A DNA stretch of 64,000 bases, taken from NCBI RefSeq assembly GCF_018350175.1, contig NC_058368.1, positions 228,162,001 to 228,226,000 on the forward strand, written 5' to 3'. This document shows, piece by piece, positions 26,901 through 41,400 of the stretch (the first letter of the stretch is position 1; every line of letters starts with the position of its first letter). Source of the stretch: Felis catus. Taxonomy: Eukaryota. The translations under genes and the position numbers were made by a program. The notes below the pieces were generated by a model. It worked only from the letters and a program-made list of their open reading frames with translations. It was not told the origin of the DNA and searched no databases.

Positions 26901-28352
26901 GCTACTTCGCATCTCATTTTCTTCACTCCTGAATGATGGGCAGTGTCATAGATTGGCGGTCAGGAGTCCTGGGTTCTCATTTCCGCTCTGTCACCAATAA
27001 GCTATGTGACACTGGGAAAGTCACATAAAATTTCTAAAATAACATTTCTCTCCTCATTCATTGAGGACCCTGGCATGGGTCTGTAAGAGACAACGTTCTC
27101 TGACTGTATCTGTGGATTTTACCCAAATACAGAGCTGCTGACCTAATGTAGCCCGTAAACGGCAGGTTCTGAACAGGTCCCAACTTGCGTGGCAATAGCG
27201 GAAATGGCAAAATTAGGAAGGAGGTTGGATTCTGAGAAAATATGATGAGTTTAGTGACATAGGCCCCACCTTAAAGAGCTGGTCCAGTTTCGAAGGCCCA
27301 ATTGAAGATTTCTGGGGACTCGATTGAAGATTGCCTTTACTTAGGTCTTACTCAGCTACTGCCTTATGTTATTGATTCCTGGTCTAGGAAATGGCTGGAG
27401 AAATGAAGCCCTGATGATCTGCCCTGAGCTAATTCAAGTTCTAGAACCCCCACTAAGCATGCCTTGTTGCTTGACAATGCAAACTTTTTTAATCGCTTCT
27501 TTGGCTCACTGCCTTGAACACTTCTAAATCTTTTTTGATCCAAGTTGAGTCTTTTAGTTTCCTGAGCAATATATAAATATGAGTTTCTACTCTTTTCAGA
27601 CAATGAAGATATGGCCACCTCCTTTGTGCCTCCAACTTTTCACACTACTCTTACTGTGATGTCTCTTCACTTACTGTTTCTGTCTTCCTCCTTTCACTGG
27701 CTAGAGTGTGCTTCTTCATCCTCAAAGCCCCGTGGGGTCTTCAGTCTCTTAGACTGGTGGACTCCTCATCTCTCCCCTGCCTGTTTTTAAAAAATCAACT
27801 TACTGTGGTATGACTGACATGTAAAAACCAGGACGTGTATACTGTATACAACTCAGAAAGTTTGGGAATAAATATATACCTTGAAACCATCCCTAACTTC
27901 AAGCCCATTGACATGTCCATTACCTCCCAAAGTTTCCCCGCCGCTCCCTTTAATGCCATTGTTGTTGTTATTGTTTTTCATGTCATAAAAACATTTTAAC
28001 ATAGGATCTAAAATCTACCCTCTTAACAAATTTGAAGTATATAATGCAGTATTGTTAACGATAGGCACTGTGCTCTGTAGTAACTCTCCAGAATTTATTT
28101 AGCATAATTGAAAACCATCAGCTCCCCATTTTCTCTTCCTGACAGACCCTGACAACCACCATTCCACTCTCTGCTTCAATGAATCTGCCTGTTTTAGATT
28201 CCACATGTAAATGGGATCATATTGTTTTTCTATATTTAGTTTATTTTACTTGGCATAATGGCCCCTAGGTCCATCCATGTTATCTCACATGGCAGTATTT
28301 CCTTTATTTTTTTTAAGGCTGAATAATATTCCATTGAACACAGGCACTCCAC

Positions 28353-28402
<50 letters not shown>

Positions 28403-31400
28403 CCTCTCTCTACGCATGTATATCTCACATTTCTTTATCCACTCATCCACTGATGACCACTTAGATTGCTTCCATATATTGGCTACTGTAAATAATGCTG
28501 CAGTGAACGTGGGGGTTAGATATCTCTTTGAGATCCTGGTCTCCACCCAACCCCCTTTTTGGGGCATCTTGGCTTCCGACTGTGGGTCTCTGATCAATAG
28601 AAAGAAGACGTTGATAGTGTAAAGAATCTTTTAAATCTTTACTTAACTCATGATACCCCATGGCATCATAGAAAAAGAGCCTGTGGCATCTTAGATCATG
28701 CTTAAAGGTATAAATTTTCCCAAGATTTAAAAGGCTTAGCATCTTTTCTGTATTATAAAATATTTTTCTTTATCCTCCTAATTCCATGTTCTCTACCACT
28801 AAGATATTCCACATAAACATCAATGCAGAAATGTCTGGAAACAGGGGTAACATGACGGGGTGTATTGGAGAGATTTTCAATAATTTCCTTCATTGGTTCT
28901 GCCTCCGTTTTATTGCTTCCTTGTGGGCTTTTGAAATCTTGAAATATGGTACTACCGATTTATTCTAAGAAGTTCTAGATCCCCTCAAACTAACCTTTTG
29001 GCATCAGGCCACGTAAATCTATACAAGAAATAAGGTAATCACAAAGAATATTTCTCTTCCTATCTCAAAACTAATCTGACTCCAGACAAACAAACAAAAT
29101 ACTTCCAGATGTTAAATAACTATTATATTGCAAGCATGTCTAGGAAATTATGTGGCAGTCACACTGCTTTGTCTTCAGAGAAAAGAGGAATCCAATACTT
29201 AGCTGAAATAGGTTGAACTTTAGACCTACCTCTCCCCCCAACTCCTTTTACCTGGGCACCCAACATAATTGAGCCCAATTCTGTTAGACAAATTTCTCTT
29301 TTAAAGCTAAAGTAAAATCGGCTCCTTACATCCTTTACTTAACATTTATTTACAACATTTATTTGACCCTACTTTCCCCACTGGCTGCTATTATATTTTT
29401 CTTCTTTCTTTTATAGCTACATGTCTCATATAAAGATCTGTCAGCTGTTTCTAGCCCTTGAACACAAATTCTCCTTCACTTCCGGTTGTCTTGCGTCACA
29501 AATACGCATCGACTGAAACAAACATTTCCAAAGTATGTAGTTACAATCTGAAATTCAGTGGGGTTTTTTTTTTCTTCATTTTTTCCCCCAATCCTCAGAG
29601 AAAAGGTTATTAGCTTTGATACCAAGGTCTCTGGTCACCTTCCTTTGATGCAAATGCAATTAAGACAGAAGGTTTTCAACATCTGGAAGGAATGAGTATA
29701 CACTATTTGTCCCAGAAATAGGACCGTATCAGATTCTTATCTTTAGAATTTTTTCCCATACTTATCCCATAAAGTGTTTAAGAGACAGAACAGTTATTAG
29801 CAACCACAGTGGGTCTATCTGACTATTAAATAATTTACTCTATCAGAATCTCCATGATAGAAATGGAAGAGGACTTCTCTGAGTTAGTGAAATTCGTATT
29901 GCTTAAGTTCCATCATTTAAAGGTCACTTCCACTCAGAAACCTCTAATTATTCAGTCTGTCAGCCCTGGGGCTACCTGCTTGTGTCGGTGCACTGTGACA
30001 AGTCTGGGTTGCTAAAGAGAGAGGCAGATTCTTGCCCTACATCACTAATGAGTAAAAAGCACTGCACATTCTGGAGTTTTCCTGGGTTAGAATTCCTCAT
30101 ATCTCCTTGAGTGCTGAGTTTTCTTTTTCTTTCAGATCACACCCCCCTTTTCTTTTTCTGACACAAAGTGGTCTGTACAATTTTGGAGAAGTCACAGCTC
30201 CTTATCTGCTCACCAATATTTCCCTCACTGTCTCTCCTCTTGCTGTCAGTTTGAATTGTAGAAGTTTGAACTTTCTGGGACATGCGTTTCTTTGGGATTA
30301 AATATGCATCTCAACCTTATGACTGCATCTAGCTCAAATCCGCTTCCTTTCCTCTGTCGAAATAGCATTGAGAGATTACAGGTTTGTCCACACTTTCTCA
30401 CCTGAGATTGCACGATGACCTCTTCTCCTCTCACAGACTATCAAGCCATCGGACATCGCCACTGTCCGCACATTGGGCCGACCACCACACCTCATCATGA
30501 GGATCATGGATTGTGTGCTGCTCCTGTTTCAAAGGAAAGTCAATGCAGTGAAAATTGACGTGGAAAGAAGCTGTACAATTCCTTCCTGGCAGGAGTCTTT
30601 AAAACTCATGACCGCAGGAAACTTTTTACAGAACTTGCAGGTTGGTAGTTCAGTAACGTTGGGATGACAGGGGACTCAGACTGCGTTAGAGTATCTGAGT
30701 CCTTTAATAGAATAAGTTTCTGAAAAGATTTTGCTGTACGTACACATTTTTCCTTATTAATTTTTTTTGCCATATTTATGGAGGTAGAATGACATAAAAT
30801 TCTATATATTAAGGTGTACGACTTGATGTTTAGAGATCTGTATACGCTATGAAATAATTGCCGCAGTCAAGCTAAAGTAACCATGACCTCACAGTTACCA
30901 TTTTCTTTTCCTTTCTTTTTTTTTTTTTTCTTGTTTTGTGGCGAGAACACTTAGAAAATTTCAACTATACAATGTTGTTGACTCTATTTTTCTTGCTGTA
31001 CCTTAGGTCTCCAGAACTTTTTCTTCTTGTATCTTGATACTCAGTATGCCTTGACCAACATCTCTCCTTTCTCCTCCCCCATCCCTGGCAACCAGCATTC
31101 TACTCTGCTTCTGTGAGTTTGACTATTTTAGATTCTATGTATAAGTGAGACAGGCAGGGTTTGTCTTTCTGTGTCTGGATTATTTCATTTAGCACAATGT
31201 CCTCCACAAATGGCAAGAGTTTCTTATTTTTAAAGCCTTAATAATGTTCTACTTACATATATTGAACATATACTTAAGTATTTTTTCAGAGCAGAATTTT
31301 CTTTTCCAAATATAAGACATTAGAGCTTTAAAAATAAGCATTAGATGGGGTGCCTGCATGGCTCAGTCAGTTAAGTGTCTGACTGCGACTCAGGTAATTA

Positions 31401-31476
31401 TCTCACAGTTCATGGGTTCAAGCCCCACATCAGGCTCTGTGCTGACAGCTCAGAGCCTGGAGCCTGCTTCAGATTC

Positions 31477-31521
<45 letters not shown>

Positions 31522-34500
31522 CTCCCCTGCTCTCTCTCTCTCTCAAAAATGAACAAATGTTAAAAAATTAAAAAAAAAAGCATTAGAACCTCTCCTGATA
31601 GATTGTAGGCATACTAAAACATCATCAGTGACCTATTTCAATAGAAGTTTAAAAAATCATTTTAAGAAAGCAAGACATATGTGCATGTATTGTATACATA
31701 TGAATACAAGTATATGTGTATTTATATTTTGCAAGTCTCAGTAGTAATTTTTTGAGTAGTAATTTGCATGTTTTTAATTTTGAGGTAGAACTTACATATG
31801 ATAAAATGTGCAAGTTTTAAGTATACAGATTAATGAATATTTACACATACGTATACCTGTTAATGAACACTGAGATCAGGATTTGTATTTCCAGACCCCG
31901 GAAATCTGTCTTGTGTCCCTACCTCGTCAATAACCTCCCCTAGGGTAACTATTATTCTCATCTTTATCCTGATAATTAATTTTGTCGGTTTTGAAATTTA
32001 CATAGGCGAACTGATATCACGTGACCTCCTGTGTTAAATTCTTTTATTCAACAAGTCTTTGAGATTCATTCTTATTGTTGCAAGGACAATATTTCATTCT
32101 TTTTTTCATTGCTATATAGCGGTTCAGTATATGAAGCAGTGGTGTGTGCTAAATATTTAAAAACAACGGGTTCTCTGGGGAGAAAAAAAGGAAAAAAAGA
32201 AAAAGAAAAAGTCTGATTTGTAGCGTTCGCCAATTTCCATGGCATAAGTATCCCTACAATGGCCAATTGCAAGCTACCGAAATGATCTTGCTGAATGCAA
32301 CTGGGGGAGAGGTGTGTAAGCAGTATCGTTTCCCACTACGTAGGTACAATGGATATAAATGCCCTCAGAAACATAGATAGTAAAATGTAGTAATGTAAGA
32401 GAATGTGATTACTTTCATTGTATATTCTTTTTGTTGTAAATAACATTTGTCTAATTATAAGTTTCTATAATTTAACTTTTAAGAACAGTTCTATTTCACA
32501 ACCTATTTGCAAAACTCCTAAACATTTAGTAATGGTTTCCTATGAGCTTGTATGAGCCAGCACAGTGTGAAATGCTGTAATATGTTTCAATTTATTTGTC
32601 CACTGTACTGTTGATGGGCTTGGGGGTTGTTACTAGTTTTTGGCTATTATAAATAAAGCTACTGTGAATATTGGTCTATGGGCCATTTGGTGGGTGTATT
32701 TGAATTTCTATTGGCTCTGTACTCCAGGAATGGAATTTCTGGGTCTTACGTTATCCTTTTTAAAAACAGATGGGGGGGCGCCTGGGTGGCGCAGTCGGTT
32801 AAGCGTCCGACTTCAGCCAGGTCACGATCTCGCGGTCTGGGAGTTCGAGCCCCGCGTCAGGCTCTGGGCTGATGGCTCAGAGCCTGGAGCCTGTTTCCGA
32901 TTCTGTGTCTCCCTCTCTCTTCTGCCCCTCGCCCGTTCATGCTCTGTCTCTCTCTGTCCCAAAAATAAATAAACGTTGAAAAAAAATTTTTTTTTTAAAA
33001 AATAAAAACAGATGGAAATATTTTTGATAGAAGTATAGTTGACTTACACTATTACATTGATTTCAGGGGTACAACACTGTGATTGGACAACTGTATACGT
33101 TATGCTATGCTCACTACAAGGGTAGCTACCATCTGTATACATTTAAACAGCTTTATAGATAGTGCCAAAGAGCTTTCAAAAATAGCTGTATCCTTTTACA
33201 CACCCACCAGCAGTGTGTAAGTTGTTCTACATCTTAACTATTTTCTACTTTTCACTATTCTGATGGGTTTGCAGTAGTGTTTTATTAATGTGGGTTTAGT
33301 TTGCATTAGACCTGGTAAGTAATGATGCTGAGAATCTTTTCATCAGTTTATGAACCTCTTGGGGATCCCTTTGCTAAGTACCTGTTAAGGTCTCTTGTCT
33401 GTTTAAATTTTTGATTGATGTGTAGTATTTCCTTATAAGAAACATGAGTAATTTGTCATTTATATGTTTGCAAATATCTTCTCCCACATTCTGCCTTGGT
33501 TGTTCATTCCGTTAAGGGTGTCCTCTGATAAACAGACATTCCTCAGTTTGATGTAGCCCAATTTATCAATATTTTCCTACGAGTGCTTTCTGTGTTCTGT
33601 TCAGGAAATCTTTGCCCTCCCTCTAAGGCAGAATAAGTGTTTCTATGTTTTATTCAAGAAGTTTTATTGTTTTATCTTTCATATTTGGACTGCGACACAA
33701 CTAATGGGGAATACCAAAGTCACATCTGTTTCCAAAGCAATAACCTTCATGCTGTCTTTCATTCAGTTTTCAATTCCACATGCCCAAGTGTTGTGAGGCT
33801 AGAGCGTCTTGTGAGGCACCTTACAGCAGCTGTAACAGTGAGCAGCTTATGAAACTGGTGGCCATACAGGCTTGTCCCAGATAATTAAAACGTGGCACTC
33901 TATGACATAAGTTGTCACCAAGAAGGAGTCACAGGTGGTGATAAACTCTGAGCATATGTGAAATGACAATGGTGACCGAGGAGATCAAGGAGTTTTCACA
34001 GAAAAGTGCAACAGTGGCATTGGACTTCTCATGGGATCTTGGCAGGTGACTCCAGGCTCCTGCCCTATGTGCCTGGTGGCAGGGCCACTGCTCTTGGAAG
34101 CTTCCTCACCATTTGCCTTTTGTCACCATTGCCCTTCTGCTGCTCCCAAATATTCTTCTGAGTTTTCTTCTGCCTTCATCATTTCTCCAGGCTCATAGAA
34201 GAAACTTGCATTGGAGGTTGTCTGAATGAGAGTGTGTGTGCTCCGCTCTGTACTGTGCATGTTCTGTGGAAGCTTTGATTTATAGGCGCCACATTCCTTT
34301 CTACTTGGAGAAATCGAATCATCTTCTTAAAATTTTTTTAATGTTTTATTTATTTTTGAGACAGAGAGAGACAGAGCATGAGTAGGGGATGGGAAGAGAG
34401 AGAGGGAGACACAGAATCCAAAGCAGGCTCCAGGCTCTGAGCTGTCAGCCCAGAGCCTGACGTGGGGCTTGAACTCATGAACCGTGAGATCATGACCTGA

Positions 34501-37313
34501 GCTGAAGTCAGACCCTTAACCGACTGAGCCACCAAGGTGCCCCTACTCAGCTTCTTTTAGATGATCAAACACCACTCGAGGAAGGTCCAGTTTCATTGTT
34601 TGGCCAGTCTTCTCTTGATGCAGGAAGGCATTCTTAATCCACTTATGCTACTATTTTTGAATCTTATCCCTTCAGAAGCTAACAGTTCTTTCATATTCTG
34701 GATAATTCTATGATTAAAAATTAATTCATTGCCCTCAAGACCGAATGTCCAAGTAGTTACCTTCGTATTTCAGATGAGTTTAATAGAACCTCTGTTTGAA
34801 TGTATTAAGCATTTAGTTGCTGCTAAATGCTAAACATATTTTGTCTGCAGGCTGAAAATACCAGAGTGTATTTGTTTTCCATTATTGATTTTATGGGCTT
34901 ACAATCCACCTATTTAGGATTAATGACATGAACATGTTATTGCTTTGGAAATTTTAATAACCATGTTAGTATTCATCGCCTAAATAATTTACCCCTTCCC
35001 TGGATCCTGGAACATTTATTTAGGGTTGGTATCTCTTGTTCATCGAAGATAAAGAATGCTCCGACTTCTTCGCTGTCACTGCTTATTCTGTTTTCACTTT
35101 CAGGACTTTTGTCCAATATCCTGAAATATCAACAAAATGTGATGTCGTTCATTCATTCCTTAGTTCAACAATTTCAATGGCATTGTGAGCACAATGTGAA
35201 TGTGGCCTCATGGAAAGAAGCATTTTGACTTAATTTTACTCTTTTCTTTCATAGCAATTCCCAAAAGACACAATCAATGAAGAAGTGATAGAATTTTTGA
35301 ATCCTTACTTTGAAATGGCTGACTACAACATCGAAACTGCTAAACGCGTATGTGGGAATGTAGCTGGTCTTTGTTCCTGGACCAAAGCCATGGCTTCCTT
35401 CTTTTCTATAAACAGAGAAGTGTTGCCTCTAAAGGTGAGCCTCCTAGCTGGAACTGCGTGATGTGCGCCTGCAAGGGCACTCAAGGCCAACTGGCCTTGT
35501 CTTCTCAGAGTGTACAGTAACCTTTGGCCTCTGGTGTTATTGTACTCAAGTCCACAGGGAGGGCAAGGGACAGAACTGCCGAGCACAGGACATTTCTCTT
35601 CTCTGTAATAGCACTCCAGTTCAGAATTGTACAAGTCAAAACATGGACTTTCTACAAGGGCGCCACGTTGACTGTGGGCTGCTGGATATTTTTCCTCCAC
35701 AATGTTAACTTGGAAAAAAGAAACACAGAAAACCATAGCGTAGAATACCCTGATAAATGTCCTGCTGGGAATCTTACAACCGGGGCAGGGTTGGCACACC
35801 ATTGGTGGCTGGTGTTGGTTGCAAGGTATGATGTAGTATTCCCTCTCCTCTCCTTTACCTCAGGAAGGAAACTGAATGTTCTCTGTTCTTTAATGTGATT
35901 TGAGAATATGCCTGTTTTCCTTCGAGTAATTGCATTTTTAAGCTTCATATGTACACGCTCCCCCACCACCACTGGCAGTCTCTGGCAGATGCAGAGGCAA
36001 ATACATGTTTTGAAAATAGACTACCGATGGCTCAAAGATCACACGTGTGGCCTGGTGGATTATTTCACTTTCGTGTAACTTTGATCTCTTTCAACCATCA
36101 ACTAAAATCCACTTATGTTTATAAACTACCCAAAGAGCTTAATAATCATGATAAAAATAATTGAGAGTGGAAAGAAGATAGGGATAGAGTTGCAAATCTG
36201 ATTTTATTTTCTAATTGTTACCATACCAGGGTCATTTACTCAGTGGCTGAGGCCCCTTGGGGTCCTAGGGCAACTTAAAGGAACAAAGATTTACTTGGCT
36301 CAGAGAACCTTAGAGGATGTAAATGATGTCATTTTGCCAACATTATGAATTTGGGAACCATTTGAAGACTCCAGCATAGCTTAGAAGTGGACATTCTGAT
36401 ATTGACGAATTAGAAGCACCATATCAAGCGCAAAATACAGAGCATCCTTTGCAAATGTTTCGAGTGAATGAGCATACAGTGTCTTTAAGGGAATTACTGT
36501 TGAATGCGCGTGGGTAGCTTTTGTTGTAATTGTTTTTTAAACAAAATGAGCTGAAGTCAGTAGCAAATAATGGCCATTCTGAACAAGGCTTGCCTGAGAA
36601 CAATGAAATCCCCTCTTCAATTCCAGTACATTTCAGCCTCCACCCGGTCCCAGGACAATCCAGATCATGCAGTAGGAAGTGAAGACCGTCACGAGGGGGA
36701 GCCTTTTACTCGCTCCTAGAAAGTCTGCTTTTCTTTCTGAGCAGTCGGTCCTGGAAGTGACCTCCTGATGTGCAATGAGCACCCAGCCTCTGGGAGCCTT
36801 GAGTGTATCAGGTCCCCACTAATGTTCAGTCCTGAAAATAACTGCAGTTACAGAGAGCCTCTGTCTGTACCGCTTAGGGAGACGGGGAAGATAGAGGGAG
36901 GGAGTGCTGGTTGTCATCCGGGTGAATATGTGAAGCAACACAGACTGCCGCCTCTGACTTCATGTGTCCCTGGAGGGGCTTCACCCGTGAGCCCCTGCTT
37001 CCTGAATGAGGACGGATTAAGGACACTGTCCTTCATTGCCAGCTGGAACCTCCTCAACATTGAGCCATGATGGAGACCCTGGGGGGGCTGCTTTCCTTTA
37101 TCCCGCAATCCCTGTAGACTGGCTAAGTGACCTCTTGTAGAGGAAAACTTAAATACCAGCTACAACAATGGTGATTTAGACTGTACTCAATTTAATGATA
37201 ATGAGATTTCTCCTTGAAAACCATGAATATCAGTCCATATAAACAGAATGTTTAAAAACAGTAGAGCCTTAAATATTAAACTTGGACAAAAATATCTATT
37301 TTTTTAAAAATTT

Positions 37314-37386
<73 letters not shown>

Positions 37387-38423
37387 CAAGTGGGGGAGGG
37401 GCAGAGAGAGGGGAGACAGAGGATCTGAAGCGGGCTCTGTACTGACAGCAGAGAGCCTGATGTGGGGCTCAAACTCCCGAACCGTGAGATCGTGACCTGA
37501 GCCAAAGTCGGAACTTAACCAACTGAGCCATCCAGGCGCCCCTCTTTTAAGCCACCGCAACAGGTGCAGTTTAGAGCTGACCTGAGAAAAAAAATGTCCC
37601 AAGAGTGAGATCGTTTCTAAACTGTAGTTGTTAAGCCTGTCCTTGGTTCTAGTAAGTAATGGAACTTTGAATTTCTCTTAAAGAATTATTCTGCCAAAGC
37701 GTGGGAGCCTGAGGTTTCCAGATAGGAAAATGATTTTACTTCCAAAAAACTTTTTCAAGGTAATCTTTTCTTCTGAAACACCCCAGAAAGAATGTGGCCC
37801 TTATAGCGGATTACCCCATTAAAGTCAAGTTTAACATTTTGGAGAATTAAAAAGGAAAAAAAAAATTGATTTCAAAAAATTAGTTAAAACGTCTAAATTC
37901 CTGCATGCATGGGCTATTTTCTACATCTCTTTTGCTCCAATTGCTTTTGAATATGTCTTTTGAGTCAAATTTAGTAGCTTCCTTAAAACATATACTTTTG
38001 ATTAGTCACGGCTCAAGGTACCAATCGTTTTAAGGAAGGCGAACAATATATGAAAACTACAGCAACCACGTCAAGATCACCACGACTCACAACATTTATT
38101 TTCAGGGAATAATCATGTTCCATCCTTTATCTCGGTTTAACATTCTTATCAACAGTGAGGAGTCCTACTAGGCAGATGCTTCTTTTAATATTCTGGTTTT
38201 TCTTTCTCTACAGTTCTTAATATTACAATGTGCTATAAGGTACCTATATGCATTTAATATTGCAATGCTCTCATCTAAGGACTAGCAAACTCTGGCCCAC
38301 AGGCCAAATCTAGCCCAAACCTGTATTTGTATGGCTTGTGAAATAAGGAGAATTTTTGCATTTTTTCTTTTTTTTTTTTTAAGTTTATCTATTTTGAGAC
38401 AGAGATAGCATTAGTGGGGGAAG

Positions 38424-38465
<42 letters not shown>

Positions 38466-41400
38466 CCCAAGCAGGCTCTGCACTGCCAGCACAGAACCCA
38501 ACGCACGACTCAAACTCACGAAGCCATGAGATCATGACCTGAGCCAAAACCAAGAGGCGGACGCTTCACTGACTGAGCCACACAGATGTCCAGAATTTTT
38601 TGCATTTTTACATGGCTTTGAAATAAGTGCCTGAACAATAGCCTTGATTTTGCCTCTTACCCAAAATGTCTAAAATATTTACTATCTGACACTTTAAAAT
38701 TCTCTGACTTCTAGTGAACTACAATTTTCTGCTTAGAAACATTTATATCAAGTCCACATTAAGGTTTGATCTTGACTGAATGCAGCTTGAGAAGACTCTA
38801 GGGGTAGAACAGAGAAGAGATATGAGCACCGCCGAGTTCTCCGACTCTGAGATGCTGGCGGCTTGGTTTGCCGCGCATCCTTCACCTTGATGTGTCCTGT
38901 GCAGGCCAACTTGGTGGTGCAGGAGAATCGCTACGTCTTGGCCATGCAGGATCTGCAGAAGGCCCAGGCCGAGCTGGACGACAAGCAAGCAGAGCTCGAC
39001 GTGGTGCAGGCCGAGTATGAGCAGGCCATGACTGAAAAGCAGGTAACTGTCCTGTGGCCTGGGAGGGACCTTCGTACACCAACGTGGCTCTTGTAAACCC
39101 TTTGTTCCTTTGCTGCCTTCTCTCTCCAAGGGTTTGGTTCCCAGAAGGGATTGATTTTGCGTAGACACGTTACATATACAACATATAATCCCTCACTAAG
39201 CCCTGGAGTTTGTTCCTAACACACGCCAAGGACCTTGGTGAGAGGTCAGGATGGTCAGCCAAGATAGGAGTAGGTTCTGGAACATAAACACTCTGAGTCT
39301 CCTTACTGATGGCAATGGCACAGTACCTCATGAGGCACTTTCTGTCCTGTGGCCTGGGAGGGACCTTCGTACACCAACGTGGCTTTTGTAAACCTTTTGT
39401 TCCTTTGCTGCCTTCTCTCTCCAAGGGTTTGGTTCCCAGAAGGGATTGATTTTACGCAGACACGTTACATATACAACATATAATCCCTCACTAAGCCCTA
39501 GAGTTTGTTCCTAACACACGCCAAGGACCTTGGTGAGAGGTCAGGATGGTCAGCCAAGATAGGAGTAGGTTCTGGAATATAAACATTTTGAGTCTCCTTA
39601 CTGATGGCAATGGCACAGCACCTCATGAGGCACTTTCTGTTACGGTTTTCAAATCCTGACCTCCCACTTCATCTCATTTAACCTTTGAAACAATTTTGCA
39701 AGGGATGCAAGGTGGACATTTTAATTCTCACTTTGGAGATAGGAACTGAGGTCCAGAGGGTGGCTCCGGGTCTTGGGCTGGACAGTCTGGACTAGACCTT
39801 GGCCTTCTGGTGTCCACTCCAGGCCTCTCTGCTGGACCTACGTGGCTGACCACGTGGCTGCATCCTCATGGCCATCTACCGTCTTCTCAGCCCGTGCATA
39901 CTTTGCAGCTGGAGGACCTTTCAGAATCTGGGTTCATACATCTCTGAGCCACTAGGCATTAACAACTTCTTTATCTTACTTATACTAATTCCAGTTCCGC
40001 TGGGGACTCTTTGCGGCTGGAAATGCAGGCAGCGTTAATGCAGACCTAGTGTAGCTTATGCTACAGAGCTCCTCACTTGTCTAGGCTTCTAGGAGCTGGG
40101 GTTCCTGGGATTTGTAGTGCTTTAGGGGAAAGGAAACCGGGTTGTGACTGGCAAGCATTTGTGTATAAGCATAGAGAAAATGCCTAGAAATTTCAGAGGA
40201 AAGGCACCAGAGTTTCTAAGTCACCAGGACTTTGTAGTGATTTTTTTCCCTCTCAGTCTAAATACATGTTCACTTGGGTCTTTTGTATTTGTAAAAAAAT
40301 CTCTAATTGTCTTCTTTTTTAAAAAAAAAATTTAAGTTTATTTGTTTGAGACAGAGATAGAGCAAGCAGGGGAGGGGCAGAGAAAGAGGGAGACAAATAT
40401 TCCCAGGCAGGCTCCATGTTGTCGGCAAAGGGCCTGATGTGGGGCCCGGACACACAATCTGTGAGATCATGACCTGAACCCAAACCAAGAGTTGGACACT
40501 TAGTCCACTGAGCCACCCAGGTGTCCCTCTAATAATTTTGTTAAAGTGGACCGCTCCCCCCACCCCCGCCTGATTATATAAGCTTCTGGCCCCATAAAAT
40601 CTGTATCTGCCTCTGATAAATCCTGTATTTGTTAGATAAGAGGTAGATTCACTCTGTTCTTTCCTTGATGATTTTCTGGAGTTTCCTCCTGCCCCTTCTC
40701 AGTCCTCTCTTGTCAGGATTGAGATTCCTGCTCTGGTAGTCCATTCTCTTATGGGAGTCCCAGCAAGGGAACTTCGATAAACACTTCAGTTTCACTATAT
40801 GCAGAACGAGTGATGCTTTTGCTTAAAGATAAATCACCGGAAAGCAAAATAAGAGCTTTTTAGAAATTTTAGAGAAGTAATTATGTAACCTGTTTGGGTT
40901 TGTTAATTATGCTCTGTGAGATTCACTTATCATAATGTAAGGAGACAATTAGCATCACAATTTGAAAGCACCTACTTCAGAAACTATGGGGAAGGCATAC
41001 TCATTTCTACCATGTTGCATCCTCACCTATGTTGGGAGATGCTACTGAATACACTAAAAATATTTTACGCCTCATCTTATTATGTTTCAGTTGTAACATT
41101 TTTGCATTAATTCATTCAATATGCTTTTTTGGTTTTGAGCATCTGCTGTTAGGACCCTACAAGACCTGCTCCCGTAGAGGTATGGCTCTGACTTGAAAAC
41201 TTGTTTCAACAAATGTCAAGCTTTTAAATTAAAAAAAACACAAAATCTGGCTGTGAGTGTATCTACCTCCCACACGCTGGAGTGAATCTGACCGTTAGTC
41301 ATTTTGTGGCTCCTTCCTCCTGCATAGGGCTCCTTGAGAGTCCAGGAGGCTCACAGGCTTATAGAAGGCAGGGAGGGGCAGGGCACCCAAGCCCACAGTT

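Larger units (their letters stand above)
31770..33690 (-). mobile_element. Old L1 (L1ME/MC-like) fragment hosting nested insertions
   Basis: tttttggctattataaataaagctactgtgaatatt; ttttacacacccaccagcagtgtgta; ttgcaaatatcttctccca. Confidence 0.65.

Noticed and set aside
35323..39168. Antisense ORFs over DNAH5 exons (35323..35802, 38743..39168; also 26160..26465)
   Set aside because: Shadow ORFs of coding exons or chance intronic frames with no recognisable domains.
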